A stretch of DNA of 64,000 nucleotides, taken from positions 37,696,001 to 37,760,000 of the forward strand of contig NC_087449.1 in NCBI RefSeq assembly GCF_036321535.1, written 5' to 3'. Position 1 is the first letter of the stretch. The number at the start of each line of letters is the position of its first letter. The stretch comes from Camelus dromedarius (Eukaryota). The notes beneath the pieces were generated by a model. That model saw nothing but the letters and a program-made list of their open reading frames with translations. It was not told the origin of the DNA and ran no database searches. This document shows positions 1-34,163 of the stretch, piece by piece. The position numbers were made by a program, and so were the translations under genes.

Positions 1-57
1 CTGGTATTTTCTATTCTATTCTCTTCCATTAAAAATAAGGAGCTTGTCCATACCTGA

Positions 58-400
58 TGTATCAGTCAAAATAGACCAAGTTACACTTCAGTAACAACAC
101 AAACTCTCAGTGGCTTAACACAGCAGTTATTTTTCACTTTCATCACACGTCTAATGCAGGTCCACGGGGGCTCTGCCCGACAAGGTCACTTGGGCACTCA
201 GGCTGATAGTTTCCATCTCAACAAATATTTCCATCATCACTGTGGTGGGTATGACATGGCAGATCTGATGTTCACTCTCAAAGCTTCCATCCAGAAATGT
301 GGAAGAAAGACACCACTTGCACTAGTATTTCATAAAGCTCACATGGCCATGCCCAACTGCAGAAGGAGTAGGGAAGGCAACTCTTTCAAGGAAGAGCCCA
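58..400 (-). mobile_element. MaLR LTR fragment (MLT1J/K-like)
   Basis: tgtatcagtc...cagtaacaac..ctcagtggcttaa signature; subfamily from memory. Confidence 0.6.
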
Positions 401-1402
401 GGAGAAGTAACTAGCTATCTCTGATAAGTCCTAATGCCTACAATGCTGACAAAATTGACTCCATCATCAATAATGAATCATGGTTGTGAACCAGAAACAC
501 TAAAGGTTTCTTCTGTTGATCTGCGGTCTGGGTCACTATCACTTCCTTCTACTGACCCTGGGGACAGGGAAAACACATCTGTGCTTCATGCCTCAGAACA
601 GTCCCATTTAGAGATGGCATCTCTCCTCCCCAAGTCTTCCCCTCTCCTGGCTTAATGCTCCTGGTCTCCCCCCAGTTCTTCTTCCCAGGATGGAGCTTTC
701 AGTTTTTCCTCTCCATCCTGGTCACCCTCCTGGGAACACCTGAGTCGGCCAGTATGCCTCCTTGTGTGTCACCTCAAACTTTGGTCTGAGCAGCAGGAAG
801 TTCAGCAGCTCCCTTTCCTCAGAGAGGGGAGGGCTGAGGGCTGAGGAGGCTTAAGGACCCAACTGACTTTCAGAAGCATTTTCTATTGAGCCAGTTATTT
901 AACCTCCTCATTCAGCAAATACTATTGATAATCATATTCCCCATGGGAGGCCCATGGAAATCTGATCATGTCATTTTCCGGCTTAAAACTCCAGCAATAG
1001 CTTCCAATTACTCGGGATAAAGTAGCCACTCCTTCAGAGCCTGATGGCCCTAGTGCAGTTGGCCTCTGCCTGTCCTCTAACCTCGTGTTTCACAAGCATC
1101 CCCTTCTCTCCATGTTGCAGCATACTAGATGTCTTTCAGGTCCCAGACATACTCTTTCCTGCCTCAGGCGCTTCAGTCACATGACTTGTTCTCTCTGCTG
1201 GAGGACACCCCTCACACACACAACATCCTCCTCTGCCTTATTAATCTAAGTCCTCCTCATCTTCAGGATAGGTTAGGTCCCCCAGGTATATGCACTCTAC
1301 ACTTTTCTCAGTACTTTGCTCACTTGTAATTTAGTTGTTAATTCATTTGTAATTACCTATATATCTTTATTTTTTTAATGTTTTTTTTCTCTTTTTGCTT
1401 TA

Positions 1403-1480
1403 TGGGGGGAGGTAATTCGGTTTATTTATTTCTATTTGGAGGAGGTACTGGGGATTGAACCCAGGACCTCACGCATGCTA
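1403..1480 (-). mobile_element. tRNA-derived SINE (camelid Vic-1-like), 5'-truncated
   Basis: gaggtactggggattgaacccaggacctcacgcatgcta (reverse B box) plus gggggaggtaatt..tttatttattt tail. Confidence 0.8.
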
Positions 1481-2084
1481 ATTTACCTGTCTATCTTGCC
1501 CACTAGATTGTACATCCCTTGAGAACAAAGACCTTGTCTGTTGTTCACCTCTCTTTCTAGGATCTAGGATCAGGTCCAGCACATGAGATACTCAATCTGT
1601 ACCAACCACCTAATTATATACCATCCATATTAGCACTGGGAGTTTAGAGATGCAAAGATAATACTAGCTTCCTGCTCCCCAAGTTCTCAGTTTGGGGATG
1701 GGGTGAGAAGAGAAAGCACATAAGGGAAGTGTTATATTCATAATATATACAGAGAGCTTGGGAAGCAGAAAAAAAAGGAACTCAGTCTGCTTTAGAGGAA
1801 TCAGAAGTTTCCTAGAGGGGTTAGAAATTTGGGCTATCAAAAACAGAGAAAAAGGGCATTTAGACAGAGAAGACAATGTATCATGACACAGAGGAATCAG
1901 GGGGCAGGTTATGCTGGGGATACACAGCGAATCTGTGAGAGAGGGGAGAGCTGGCAGATAGCAGAGATGCAAAAGAATCAACAACCAGGGGCCATGGCAG
2001 AGATTGGACTTGATCCTGCAGGCAACACAGAGAGAACAAAGGATACCAAGGAGGTAAAAGATACTGTCAGGTTTGGGTTTTTCA

Positions 2085-2490
2085 CATGTGTCAATTACTT
2101 GTTGCTATGAAACAAGCCACCCCTCAAAACTTAGTGGCTTAATACAACCATTTTATCTGCTCATGATTCTGGGCATCAGCTGATCTTTACTGGGGTCATC
2201 ATGCAGCTTGGGTCATTAGACCACTTAACTGAGGTTAGAAGGTCTAATTTGGTGTTCATCGCATGTCTCCAGCATGCTAGCCTGGGTTTCTTCACATGGC
2301 AGTAGAAAAGTTCCAAGGTGAGGGTGAAAGCTGCAAGGCCATTTGAAGTCTAAGCTTAGAACTTGCACAACATTCGTTCCACCAAATTTAACTGGTCAAA
2401 GCAAATCTGAAGGTCAGCCCAAATCAAAGGGTGAGGAAACAGACTGTGTTTCATAATGAGGGAAGTGGTAAAGCCACACTGCATTGGGAC
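2085..2490 (-). mobile_element. MaLR LTR (MLT1F/G/H-like)
   Basis: ttgctatgaaacaagccacccctcaaaacttagtggcttaa...cttcacatggcag...ggtcaaagcaa. Confidence 0.65.
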
Positions 2491-4166
2491 AGGACTTAAA
2501 GTTTAAAACTTCTAATACCAAGTGTTAGCAAGGATGTGAAGCAAAGTGCTCTATCTTTGGGTCAAATCACCATGATCTGTGTCAGGAATTTTGGAGCTCT
2601 TGAGAGAGCTCAAATCAGAAGCTCCCAGCAGAGCTTTTATGTTACTCTCTGGCCATGCAGTCAAGCCATGCAGATACATATAACCAGTTAGGCCAGTCGT
2701 AAACTATCAGTAAAGAAAGTCAGGGGGAGCTTCAGATTTAAGTAGCACATTAGAAATACCTATGCCCTTACCTTGGCCAAGAGTGAAAAACCCACATTCA
2801 GATAAAGACAGAGCTTTTGTAATCCAGCTGTAAATCAACGCTACCTTCCACAATATGAAATTCCAGAATAGGCAAAACTATAGTGATAGAAAGCAAATCA
2901 GTGATTACCTGGGACTAGGGATTGGGGAAAGGGATAAAGTGCAAGGGAGCACAAGGAAACTTTAGGAGATGGAATTATTTTCCATATTTTGATGGTGATG
3001 GTGGTTACACTATTATATACAATTATCAAAATTCACTAAATGGTACATTTTAAATTGATAAATTATATTGTATGTAAAAAACAAAAAGGATTTTTTTAAG
3101 GGCATCATGCTAATCTTTTGGGACTAAATGTTTCATTTAATATTTTATTACTAAGATTCATTCACATTGTTATGTGTTACTGTACTTCATTTGTTTTGAA
3201 ACCTGTATAATATTCCATTACATGAACACTCCAGCTTATTTGTCCACTCTCTTGCTCATGGCCATCTGGGTTTGCTTTTGTGGCCAGTGCTACTATGAAC
3301 ATTCTTGTACATGTCTCCTGGTATACAAGAATGAGTTTCTCTAGGATTTATCTCTAGTACTGAAAAACCTGGGCTGTAGGGCAGGTTAATGTTCAATTAC
3401 AGGAGATAAACTGTTTTCCAAAATAGCTCTGCTTTTCTTACCTAGGTCTGTCCCCAAATAGACTTGGAGCCCAGGGGCAGGAGACCCTCTCCTCTTGAAT
3501 TATCACTGCTTAATGTTTAATTAGCACCAGGCTGGATACCCACGAGGCCAAGGGCAGAAGCCCAGGCACCTGAGGACTCCCAGCCTCAGCAACACTGAGT
3601 GCAGAGGAAACAGCAGGCAAAGACCATATACCACACATGAAGGTTAATTAGGTCCTACTCCCTGGAGGTCCCTCTTCCTAGCTTCACTTGATTTTGAGTC
3701 TACAAGATCTTCCAGGGCCCTCAGTTACAATGCAAATTCCAAGAAAGGAGAAGGCTTAACCGAATCTAAAATCCTTCTCAGCTGATACCTCTAATACGCA
3801 AAGAAGGATTAGCAGGAAAGGCATAAAGAACAAAGAGAGTGACAGAAAGAGGAAGAGGAGGGCTAAGGAAATTGGGAAGAACCCTTTTCTGCACAAGAAT
3901 CAATTTTTCACAAAAACAATTTTTTAATAAAAAAAGCAGTATCTGCAAGTGACCATAAGCAATTTTTAATATCCCTGCCATTAAAGGATTGTCTCCCTTG
4001 TGCTAAAGTTACAAAAACAACACAACTAGCAGTCAGGCATTAAGTGATATCATGATGCCCCAAACACACACTGTGTAAGGTAACACCCTGTGATGATGGG
4101 AAAAAAGCTCTCAGGCATTTGGAGGTAGGCCAGAGAACTGGCACCAGAACTCAGCCATGGGACAAG

Positions 4167-4194
4167 AACAACAACAACAACAACAACAACAACA
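4167..4194 (+). repeat. (AAC)n microsatellite
   Basis: About 9 perfect units. Confidence 0.9.
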
Positions 4195-4819
4195 AAAAAC
4201 AGGGGAAAAAAAATGAATGTACCAAAATACAACATTAAGAGATTCCTAGGCGCTCAGAAAGTAAAAGGAGGAGGGCTGCTATTCTGAAGGATGAAGAGGC
4301 TTCACTTCTCCCTCAGTCTGAAATGACACATCTCCAGCAGCTCCCTGGCTACCTGTCATACAGCAGCTTAAGGAATACTTGCTAGAGGAGTGAACAATGG
4401 AGACACACACAAAGAGTATCACAGCCCTATGGCAGAAGCAGCCTCCCCAGCCACATTTGGGCAGCAGTGCTGCTGACAGCAGGAGGGATGGCTGGAATCA
4501 TTCAGCTCAGGAGAGCTTTCTAAGTAAGTAAGCAGATTATTATGCATTGGCTTAACATTTTTAGTTACTTGTTCCTTAAATTAGATCATAGGCCATATGG
4601 AGAAACTTGGTAGGCTTGTTTAGGCCTTTCAGCTGCTCAAGACTAATCACACAGAACTCACCTCAAGTGTGAGAGGCTCTGTGACCAGGCTGAGGTCCTG
4701 GGCTTTGGGTACCTGGAAGCTAGTGCTCAGCAGCATCAGCTGGTACAAATGAAACTAACAATACTGGGACTGACATGAGGCCCCCAACTACAGCCCCAGC
4801 TCCATGGAGCTTCAACAAT

Positions 4820-4825
4820 TTTATT
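4820..4825 (-). terminator. Candidate NSUN4 polyadenylation signal (AATAAA on - strand)
   Basis: tttatt on + strand about 350 nt past the stop; use not demonstrated. Confidence 0.4.
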
Positions 4826-5170
4826 GGCTAAATGCTTCTTTTCAAATTTACAGCTTAAAGAGTGTGCCTGTCCACTGGTTCTTCCATCTAAGCCCCTAAT
4901 GGGGCAGGAACCTTTAGCACAGGCTCAGAGACTGGGAGTGGGGGATGGAAATCGGGTGTAACAAGTGAGTTAGAAACCTGCTGGTGTTCCACAATTGCAT
5001 AGCAGGACAGTAAAACTCCTACTTCCTACTGCTGAAAACTGTCTATAGAAAGACTTGTATGAGATGGAGATAGGCCAGAGAGCATCTCTGCCACTGGTCT
5101 CAGTTTCTGGTGCCTCCGTAAGAGTACACCCTTTGTCTTCCTACACCAGGATTTCAGGAACAGGGTGATG

Positions 5171-25847
<20,677 letters not shown>

Positions 25848-26457
25848 GTCTGCGTGCGCCGCCGGGTAATTCCGACCGGAACCGCTGCGTGCGACGCGCA
25901 GGTTCCGGACGTGGTGCGCCCCACTCTGGACGAAAAGGGGAACGAATTATCGCCTACTCTCTCCTGTGGCTCCGCCCACCGATACGTCTCAGGTGCAAAC
26001 CCCGCCCAGCTAGGGCTCTTGAGGGTATGGGAAAAGAGCAACTCGTCACATTGAATGGTGGCTATGGCTGGACGCCTGTAACATTGAGAGGGACTGTAAT
26101 AGCCCCTAACCCAGTTGAGTCAGGTAGGATTGGAAGCTGACAGTTGAGTACTGAAAGTGTTAGGTAGGTAAAAAGGGGCGGGAAGAGCCTTCTAGGCAGA
26201 AGTTGTACAGAGAAAGATTTTGAAGTAGAGAAAAACGAGGCTAGATTTCTAGGCAGAGGCAGATATATATAGTGAAGCTGATGAAGCTTAAATTTCAGGA
26301 TCTGTCGTTTGCAGTGCCCCTTTTCAGGGCTTGGTACCTAATTTCTGTGTTATTTTTCTCTTAAAGAGGGTCTCCCGAATTGTGAAGCTTTAGGCCCCAC
26401 AAAACTTGACGCCACCATAGGGAGCTAGTGGAAAGGAGGGTCGTGATAAGATAGTTG

Positions 26458-26579
26458 GGTTTTTTTTTGGGGGGGGGTTAGGTTTATTCATTTAATTTTA
26501 GAGGATGTACTGGGACTTAAACCAGGACCTTGTGCATACTAAGGATTCACTCTACCAGTTGAGCTATATCCTCTTCCTG
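26458..26579 (-). mobile_element. tRNA-derived SINE (Vic-1-like), about 600 bp upstream of NSUN4
   Basis: TSD agatagttg at 26449-26457 and 26580-26588. Confidence 0.88.
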
Positions 26580-27669
26580 AGATAGTTGTTTTTTTAAAAA
26601 TAATCATCTGATAGCAGGCGATCAGAGTAGGTGGAAGTAAGGCAGGGAGGTAAGATGAGAGATCATGGTCTGGATTAGTGTGGTGGCAGTGAAGATGGAG
26701 AGAAGAGAATGGATCCCACTTAAAATTAACAGAGAGAAGTACAGGACTCATTTGACTGATTGGCCCTAACTATGTAGTACCTACTACACTACCAGTTAAT
26801 AGCCGTCCTCTTACCCTGCTTTTATTCTTATGACTTATGACCACCTGGTATGCATTTATTTCTTACAGTCTGCTAAATAATGATTTTCAAAAGGTTAAAA
26901 AATATAACTTATGAAAATACAAATTGAGCGTACGCTAAAGATTTTATTCATTGTAATAAACTACTTATCCATTACTATCCTAGATAATGAGGGAACCAGT
27001 AAGATAGTAAGATTTGTTCAAATGAGGATTTGAGTTTCAGAGATTTAGATTATCAGCCAAAGGAATGCTGAAATGAATTTGTTAATAGTTGCAAAAACAT
27101 TAATATCCTATTAAGCAATAAACTATAATGTTGGGGATTATCTCTTTTACCAGGTGGAAATAAGTTCCATCTCTACTGGACAGAATTCACTTGCATTTCT
27201 ATGGATGAGAATTATTGGCATTGCTCTCAGACAAGAATTATTTGCATTGCCATCAGTTTTCTACAAGTTAACCTCTACCCTTACAAAGTTGTGAGATAGC
27301 CTACTGTAAAGTCAATCAAAGGTATACCCCAGAACTACAGTAAAAGATGATCCAGTAATCTTCTGCCCATTTATAAGCTCTGGACAGTTTTTTTCTGGAC
27401 ATGTCTCCCCTCACTAGAATGTAGTGTTTAAAAGAGCAACAATTTTAATTCTTTCTTGAATTATCAGCACCTAGAACTATGTATAGTACATAGTTCGCTC
27501 TCAATAAATATTTATTGAATGAGTGAGTGAAAGATGAGAAAGTAGGGATGTGAGTATAAACAATTTCTTCAAGGAGTTTGTTACAAGACTTAGCAGTTAT
27601 AAGGTGGAGGGAGGTATGTGTATAGAGGAAGGCCTTTTTTAAAAAAGCTCATAGACATTTAAATCCATT

Positions 27670-28010
27670 GCTCTGTCTTGTATTTTGATCAAATCTTTTG
27701 CCCATGCATAACTTTGTCAGATCTCACAGTGGTTATTTGGAAATTCTTGGTTCACTGAGTTATGCAGATCTTCCAAATGTTGTCACATTCTTTATACAAT
27801 ATAAAAATATCAGTTGTTAATATCACTACTGATTTCATCAGAAAAGTCTTTAAATGTTGGAAGTTTTCAAGGTCATTGTGGCAGATGCAAGTTTTTCAAA
27901 ATCCTAATTTTTGACTGAAAGCTCAAATTTTATCTTTGGCAACAAATACTATCTATTGTTTTCCTTGAAGTGGCAGGCTTTTACATTGTTCACTTTTCAA
28001 GAAAATGCTA
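27670..28010. mobile_element. hAT-Charlie DNA transposon fragment (Charlie1-like)
   Basis: cactgagttatgcagatcttccaaatgttg...gaaagctcaaattttatc.ttggcaacaaatact. Confidence 0.55.
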
Positions 28011-28633
28011 GCGTATTAAAATACAATTAATTTTTGTCAACTGGTCTTATATCCTGAAACCTTGTTAAATGCAGTTATTAAGTTTTGGTAACTTTTTTGG
28101 AAATCTCTTCAGATTTTCTGTGCACAAAGTCATGTATATTATGAAGTCACTTTTACTTCTTTCTTTCTTTTTCAATCTATGCCTTTTTTTCCTTTGCTGT
28201 ATTCCACTGGTTATGAGTTAAATTACACTGTTGAGTACAAGCAGTGGTAGTGGACAGGACAACTTGCCTTGTTCCCATTCTTAGGGAAAAAGCATTCAGT
28301 ATTCACTGTTATACATAATGTTAGCTGTAGTTGGTTTTTGTTTTTTACAGATGTCCTTTACTAGATTGAGGAAGGTCCCTTCTATTCCTAGTTTGCTGAG
28401 ATTTTTTAAAAATCATAGAAGTTTGTTTTATTTTATTCAAATGCTTTTCTTGCATCTATTGAGATGATCACATGATTTTTCGTCTTTATTCTGTTAATAT
28501 GATGAATTATATTGACTTATTTTTGAATGATGAGCCAACTTTTAAAACTAACTTTCTGTTTTTGGTGGAGTGAGGGGTGAGGAGGAAGGGAAGGTTTTTA
28601 ATTATGAGTTCAATTTCTTTCATCAATATAGAG

Positions 28634-28838
28634 CAGTGGTTTTCAATGAGAGGTGGTATTACCCACCCCTGGGGATATTTGGTAATATCTGGAGATTTGG
28701 TAACTGGCTGGTGCTTCTAGCATCTAGTGGGTACATGTCAGGGATACTATTGAAAACCCTGTGCTACACAGAACAGTCCCCACACACAAAAAATTTTCCA
28801 GTCCAAAATGTCAATAGTGCTGAGTTTGAGAAACCCTG
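28634..28838 (+). mobile_element. MER20 hAT transposon
   Basis: cagtggttttcaa...gcatctagtgggta...aaaatgtcaatagtgctgagtttgagaaaccctg; imperfect 8-bp TSD atatagag / atacaggg. Confidence 0.85.
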
Positions 28839-28977
28839 ATACAGGGCTGTTTGAATTTTCTAATTCTTCTTGTACCAGTTTTGACAATTTGAGTCTTTTA
28901 GAGAATTTGTTCATCTAAGTTGTTAAATTTCTACACATAGAGTTGTTCAGAATATTCCGTTATTATTCTTTTAGTAT

Positions 28978-29488
28978 TGTTACCAAGTCCAAACTCGTTC
29001 TGCTTGCCACACGACAATAAATCGGGAGATGAGGTGCTGGGGCAAGGAATAATGACTTTATTCAGAAAGCAGGCAGACTGAGAAGATGGCAGACTAATGT
29101 ACTAGAGAACCATCTTCCCCAAGTCAGAATTCAGGCTCCTTTTTTACTAAAAAGGGGAGGGGGTGTGGTTGTTGCAAACTTCTTGATGTTGGAATCCTTT
29201 GTTCTTGCGGCTGTCCAGATGGGTCAGATCATGGTGTCCCTGTAAACCTCCAACAAGACAAATGTTACTTTTCTATTCTGCAACTGTTTATCTTTATGTG
29301 AATGGAAAAGTGTTAATACTCTTAAAGGTCAGAGCCTTGAGAATAGGCTATCCTGTATATTTCAGGCTATAGGCAACGTTTTTATAAAAGGTGCAGAACC
29401 AGCAAAACTAAGCCTAGGAAGCAGAGCACAGGGTTAAAGCCAAAGGAACAGGTCTAATATGGAGTCAAATTTGCTATTTTCTATTACA
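28978..29488 (-). mobile_element. Solo ERV1-class LTR, 511 bp
   Basis: TG...CA termini, 4-bp TSD gtat, AATAAA on - strand about 80 bp from its 3' end. Confidence 0.85.
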
Positions 29489-29499
29489 GTATCTTTAAG

Positions 29500-29664
29500 C
29501 AGGGAGCATCAAACTACAGCCACAAGCCAACTTCAGCCTGCAGCCTGTTTATGCAGTGCCGTTTTAGCATAGCCACTCCTTTGTTTATTGTGGCTCTTTA
29601 GCTGCTACAACAGCGTTGAGTGGTTACTATCTGAATCTTTACAGAAAAAGGTTGCTGACCCCTG
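29500..29664 (+). mobile_element. MER58A-like hAT MITE
   Basis: cagggagcatcaaactacagcc...ctttacagaaaaaggttgctgacccctg. Confidence 0.7.
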
Positions 29665-30028
29665 CTATAGTAATGTTGCCTCTCTAGTTACTAGTTTATG
29701 TCTTCTCTCTTTTGTACTTTATCAGCCTAACTAGAGGTTTATCTATTTTATTGAACTTCACAAAGAACCAGCTTTTGGTTTCATTGGGTTTTTTTCTTTA
29801 TTTCTTTTCTATTTCATAGTCAGATTTCTGCTCTTTATAATTTTCTTTCTACTTAATTTGTTCTTTTCATTGTTATCTTTTAAATGCATTTTAAAATAAG
29901 ATGAAATATCTATTATATTTACCCATATAGTTACCATTTCTAGGACTCTTCATTCCTTTGTGTAGATAAGTTTCCATTTAGTATAATTTTTTTTTCTGAA
30001 GAACTTTCTTTAGTATTTCTTGTAGTCC

Positions 30029-30812
30029 TTTTGCTGAAATTCAGCCTCTGTACCCTGATTACTGAATTGAGACTTGAGGACAGAATTTTGGATGAAGTAG
30101 AAAAGGCAGGCAAAGAAGGTAATTGTGGGCTAATGCTTCCAAGACTGTGAGCCTGCAGGGAAGAGAAGGTAGGGGGTTTTACAATAAAAGTTTTTAAGAG
30201 TTCAAGGGGGTGGTGCTGGTTTCTATAGAGATCGGTAACAATTTGTTGCAAAGTTTTGTTTTTGCTGATGCAATAGTCCCCTTCCTTCTGTTGAATATGA
30301 TGTTTACCTCTGGCTTTGGGAACCTCCTAATATTCTTGTGCCTAGATAAAAGGATGCTTAGGAAGGGGGTCTGTGGAAAAGTGCTCTAGAAAAACCTGTG
30401 CAGTTTAAAGTCAGGTTGATGTATGCTTCTAGCATTTTGGGCAGGCTGAGGCCTGTGACCTCTTGCTGCAGTGTTTGTGAACAGGCTGGCACCTGTTCAA
30501 ACAACAGAATACAAAGAAACTACAAAGGACTAAAAATAACTGCATGTATGTGTGTTATGAACAACAAGATACAAAAAGCAGAAAGCCAACTGCCATTTCG
30601 GAGGTGTCTGGAGCAAAAGCAAGGCACTGAGGGGAAAAGCAGAGCACTGAGAATAATCCCTGTATGCAACTCCACTAGGAGGGCCTCCCTCCTCTCCAGC
30701 TTAACCTTGGTCCACAAGAGCATGAGAAAAGCCATTTTTAAAACTACTACTCAATTAAGCAGTTACAAATACCATATGGTCACCAATGACTGTAGAGTCC
30801 TGCTTGGTTACA
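30029..30812 (-). mobile_element. Solo ERV LTR, 784 bp
   Basis: 4-bp TSD gtcc (30025-30028, 30813-30816) splitting the host L1; reverse strand starts TGTAACC. Confidence 0.75.
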
Positions 30813-30868
30813 GTCCTAGGTCCGCTGACAGTGAATTCTCTTACCTTCTGTTTGTTTAAAACATCTTT

Positions 30869-31065
30869 TTTGTTTATTACTGAGGTAACATTGGTTTATA
30901 ACATCTAAGTTTCATGCACAACATTTTATTTCTACTTCTGTATACACTTCTGTATACACTATAACGTGTTCAGTACCAAAACTTTAGTCTCCATCCATCA
31001 CGGTAAGATTGACTCCCTTTCCCCATTTCACCACCCTCTGCCCTTCCCCTCTGGTAACCACTGTT
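30869..31065 (-). mobile_element. 5'-truncated L1 3' end
   Basis: Perfect 14-bp TSD tttaaaacatcttt at 30855-30868 and 31066-31079. Confidence 0.85.
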
Positions 31066-32879
31066 TTTAAAACATCTTTCTTTTGCTTTCATTTAAGGAT
31101 ATTCTAACTGGAAAGAATTCTAGGGTCAAATTTTTCTTCTTTCAACACTTTAAAGATGAGTTGTTTCTAATGAGAAGTATGGAGTAATTCTTTGTGCCTC
31201 TTTTCTAAGAGTTTCTTCTTACCACTGGTTTTCAACAATTTGAGAATAAACGGTATAGTTTCCTTTGTGTTTATCCTGGTTGAGGTCTGCTGAGCGTCTG
31301 GGACCTGTGAGTTTATAATTTTCATCATATTTGGAAAATTTTCAGTCCTTACTGCTTCAAATATTTTTTCTCTTCCCCCCACCAAACCTCTCCCCTCTTT
31401 CCCTCTCTTCTGGGCTATTTGATATTGTCCCACAGCTTACTTTTTCCTTGTTCTTTTATTTTTAGTGTTTTTTTTCTTCTCATGCTTTAGTTTTTATAGT
31501 TTGTTTCTGTGTCTTCAAGAACATTCCAGTACATTAGTTTTTCTTCTTCTTTGGTCCCTACTCTTTCATTAATCTCCAGTGAAATTTTTATTTCAGATAC
31601 TGTGTTTTTAAGCTCCAGGAATTCTGTTTGATTCATTTTTATATTTCCCACTTTTCTTCACATTATATTGATTTCCATTAAATCCTTGAGCATATTTGTA
31701 ATAGTAGTTTCAATGTTCTTGTCTACTATTTTATCACCTCTGTCATTCTGGGTAAGCATTGACTATTTTTCTCCTGGTCACATTTACCTGCTTCTTTGCC
31801 TATCTAAGCAATTTTTTACTGAGTGCTTGGTATTGTGAAATTTACATCATTGAATGCTGGATTTTGTTGTCTTCCTTTAAAATGTCGTGTGTTCGTGTGT
31901 GTGTGGTGTGTAAATCAGCTTGATCTTTTCAAGGTTTTTTTTGTTTTGTTTTGTTTTTTGTTTTTAAGATTTATGTGTGGCTTTTCTCTTCAGCTAGGTT
32001 TAGCCCTACTGCTGAAGCATTCCCTTCTGGAATTCAACGAGTTCAACAGGAACTATCCACATTAGCTGGTCAAAACTCAGACATCTCCTAACTCTCTGTT
32101 AACTTTAGGAATTATTCAGTTTACAGCTACCCAGCAGTTCTTTGCCTGGCTACATGGAGTTTCACTCTATTCATTTGCAGCTTAGTATTCAGCAACAGAC
32201 TTAAGCATCCTCTAAGCATAATTCAGATCTTTCTCTGGGAATTCCCTCCGCTTTATGATAAAGCAAGTATAGTAACATTTTGCTAAACATTCACTAAAAT
32301 AGAATGAGTAATGAGTTTATGGATGTTCACTGTAAAATTTCAGCTTTGCTGTATGTTTGAAAATGTAATATTTCAAAATAATCAGATTATGTAAGTAAAT
32401 ATGATACCACCACAAATACTTTAAAATTTACTTTGTAAAAATATTTGTGAGGATTATACCTCACCATGAAATGGGTTCTAAGTCAGAAATGGCTGGAAAA
32501 TGCTGGCCATCCCTGTAGCTAGGACAATAGATTGAAAGAACTTCTAGGTTGAAGTGGCCCTTTGCCACATGTTCATAAGCATAATCCTTCAGATTCTCAG
32601 AAGCTCCATTGCCATGTTTATCTATGAAATTTTCCCAAGTTTTGCAGTCTCTTGATTACTTCTCAAGCACAAGGCACTCATTTCTGGCATGGCTCACTAT
32701 CTGTATATAACTATTTACATATAGGTCTTTCTCATGTGCAACCAGAGGTTGCAAACTAAAGCCAAAGCCAGCCCATATTATGGTTTATGGATTCCTATTT
32801 TATTCAATGAGTTATAATCTAGCACTATCATTATATATTTTGATGCTCAAACTGTCTCATTTGCCTAGTGACTTTTATG

Positions 32880-33170
32880 TACTTTTTTAAAATTTTTCAT
32901 TATTATAAAATATATGTAACATAAAATTTGCCATCAACACTTAAAATTCAGTGGTTTTAAGTACATTCACACATTATGCAACCATCACCACCATCCATCC
33001 ACAGAACTATCTTCACCTTGCAAAACTAAAACTGTACATCCATTAAACAGTAATTCCCCTTTCTTCCCTCCTTCCAGCCACTGGAAATCACCATTCTACT
33101 TGGTCTCTATGAATTTCACTACTCTGGGTACTCATATATAAGTGGAATCATAGTGTTTGTCTTTTGGTGA
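32880..33170 (-). mobile_element. L1MB-type 3' fragment
   Basis: aagtacattcacacattatgcaaccatcaccaccatccatccacagaac...ataagtggaatcata. Confidence 0.7.
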
Positions 33171-33961
33171 CTGGCTTCTTTTTTGTACTCTTGGCATGTC
33201 CCGATCGTTCTTTGAGCACTTCCTTCTTTTTGGAACAACAAAATGTTCAGGCTTGTCTTATAGTTTCCTCATCTCAGCCCTGGAATCACCCATTTCTCCT
33301 AGGAGCCCTGGTTCCTTTATTAGAAAATGAAGCCCTCTTTGTGGGCTGAGCTAGGGGATGTATATATTCCCTACATATACACACACTGGCATCTCTATTT
33401 ACTTACACTAGAATCTATTTATTTAGTTCATACCAGTAACAACACTGCAGGGTTCATTCTGCTTTTTTCCTTTCCCATATTTTAACTCCATTCTCTGTTA
33501 GTTCTCATTATCTTCAACATATTCACTTATTCGAGCAATCCCTCCTATGTTTATGTATCCAGTCTCCCATTGCCAGCACCTTCTAGCAGGTGCCCTTTTC
33601 TCACCCTACTTAAGACTCCAGTATCCCTCCCCTCACAAACCTACACCCTCCGCACTCCCTTTTTCACAATTTTTTTTTAAAAGAAAAGCAGTCTTGTTGG
33701 ACACTTGAGACTAAAAACTGTCAAGACACTTTTGGGATTAAAAGTTCCATATGAACTGAGTATTTAATGATATTAAGCAATTACTGTTAATTTTAAGTAT
33801 GATAATGGCATCAAGGTAAATTTTTTAAAAGTCCTTATCACAGAGATATATACTTGCTAGGTAATAGGTATATGAGGGTTGATTATTATTCTATCTATTC
33901 TTATACTAGAAATTTTTAAATTAAAAAAAAGGACAAAAGGCAGGACTGATGATTACTGAAC

Positions 33962-33967
33962 TTTATT
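33962..33967 (-). terminator. UQCRH polyadenylation signal (AATAAA on - strand)
   Basis: tttatt on + strand about 165 nt past the stop. Confidence 0.7.
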
Positions 33968-34130
33968 AAGATGGAATCACTGAAAATTACACAGAAGCTA
34001 CTTGTCTAAGTCAAAATCCTTGAGATTCACAAGAACTTAGTTACACAAATAAACAAACGGCAGGTTCAAGATGATAAGGAAATATTCTGATGCCCAGGTA
34101 ATGAAGGCTGGGGAGAACAATTCTGCACAT

Positions 34131-34163
34131 TTATTTCAAGTTGTTAAAGAGTTTGTGGGCCAC
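34131..34163 (-). CDS. UQCRH: UQCRH exon 4
   Basis: tctag|GTG GCC CAC AAA CTC TTT AAC AAC TTG AAA TAA. Confidence 0.96.
   Translation of the reverse strand: MAHKLFNNLK

Larger units (their letters stand above)
28020..31700 (-). mobile_element. Fragmented old L1 hosting nested insertions
   Basis: T-rich + strand with L1 ORF2 reverse motifs (gcatctattgagatgatcacatga; ttgatattgtcccacag). Confidence 0.7.

Noticed and set aside
1-5000. Search for FAAH exons expected beyond NSUN4 by synteny
   Set aside because: No recognisable FAAH coding sequence; only MaLR, L1, L2 and SINE relics plus unique non-coding DNA
27302-27343. tactgta...tacagta 7-bp stem suggesting a small RNA
   Set aside because: No convincing C/D or H/ACA boxes or Pol III signals; chance-level in AT-rich DNA
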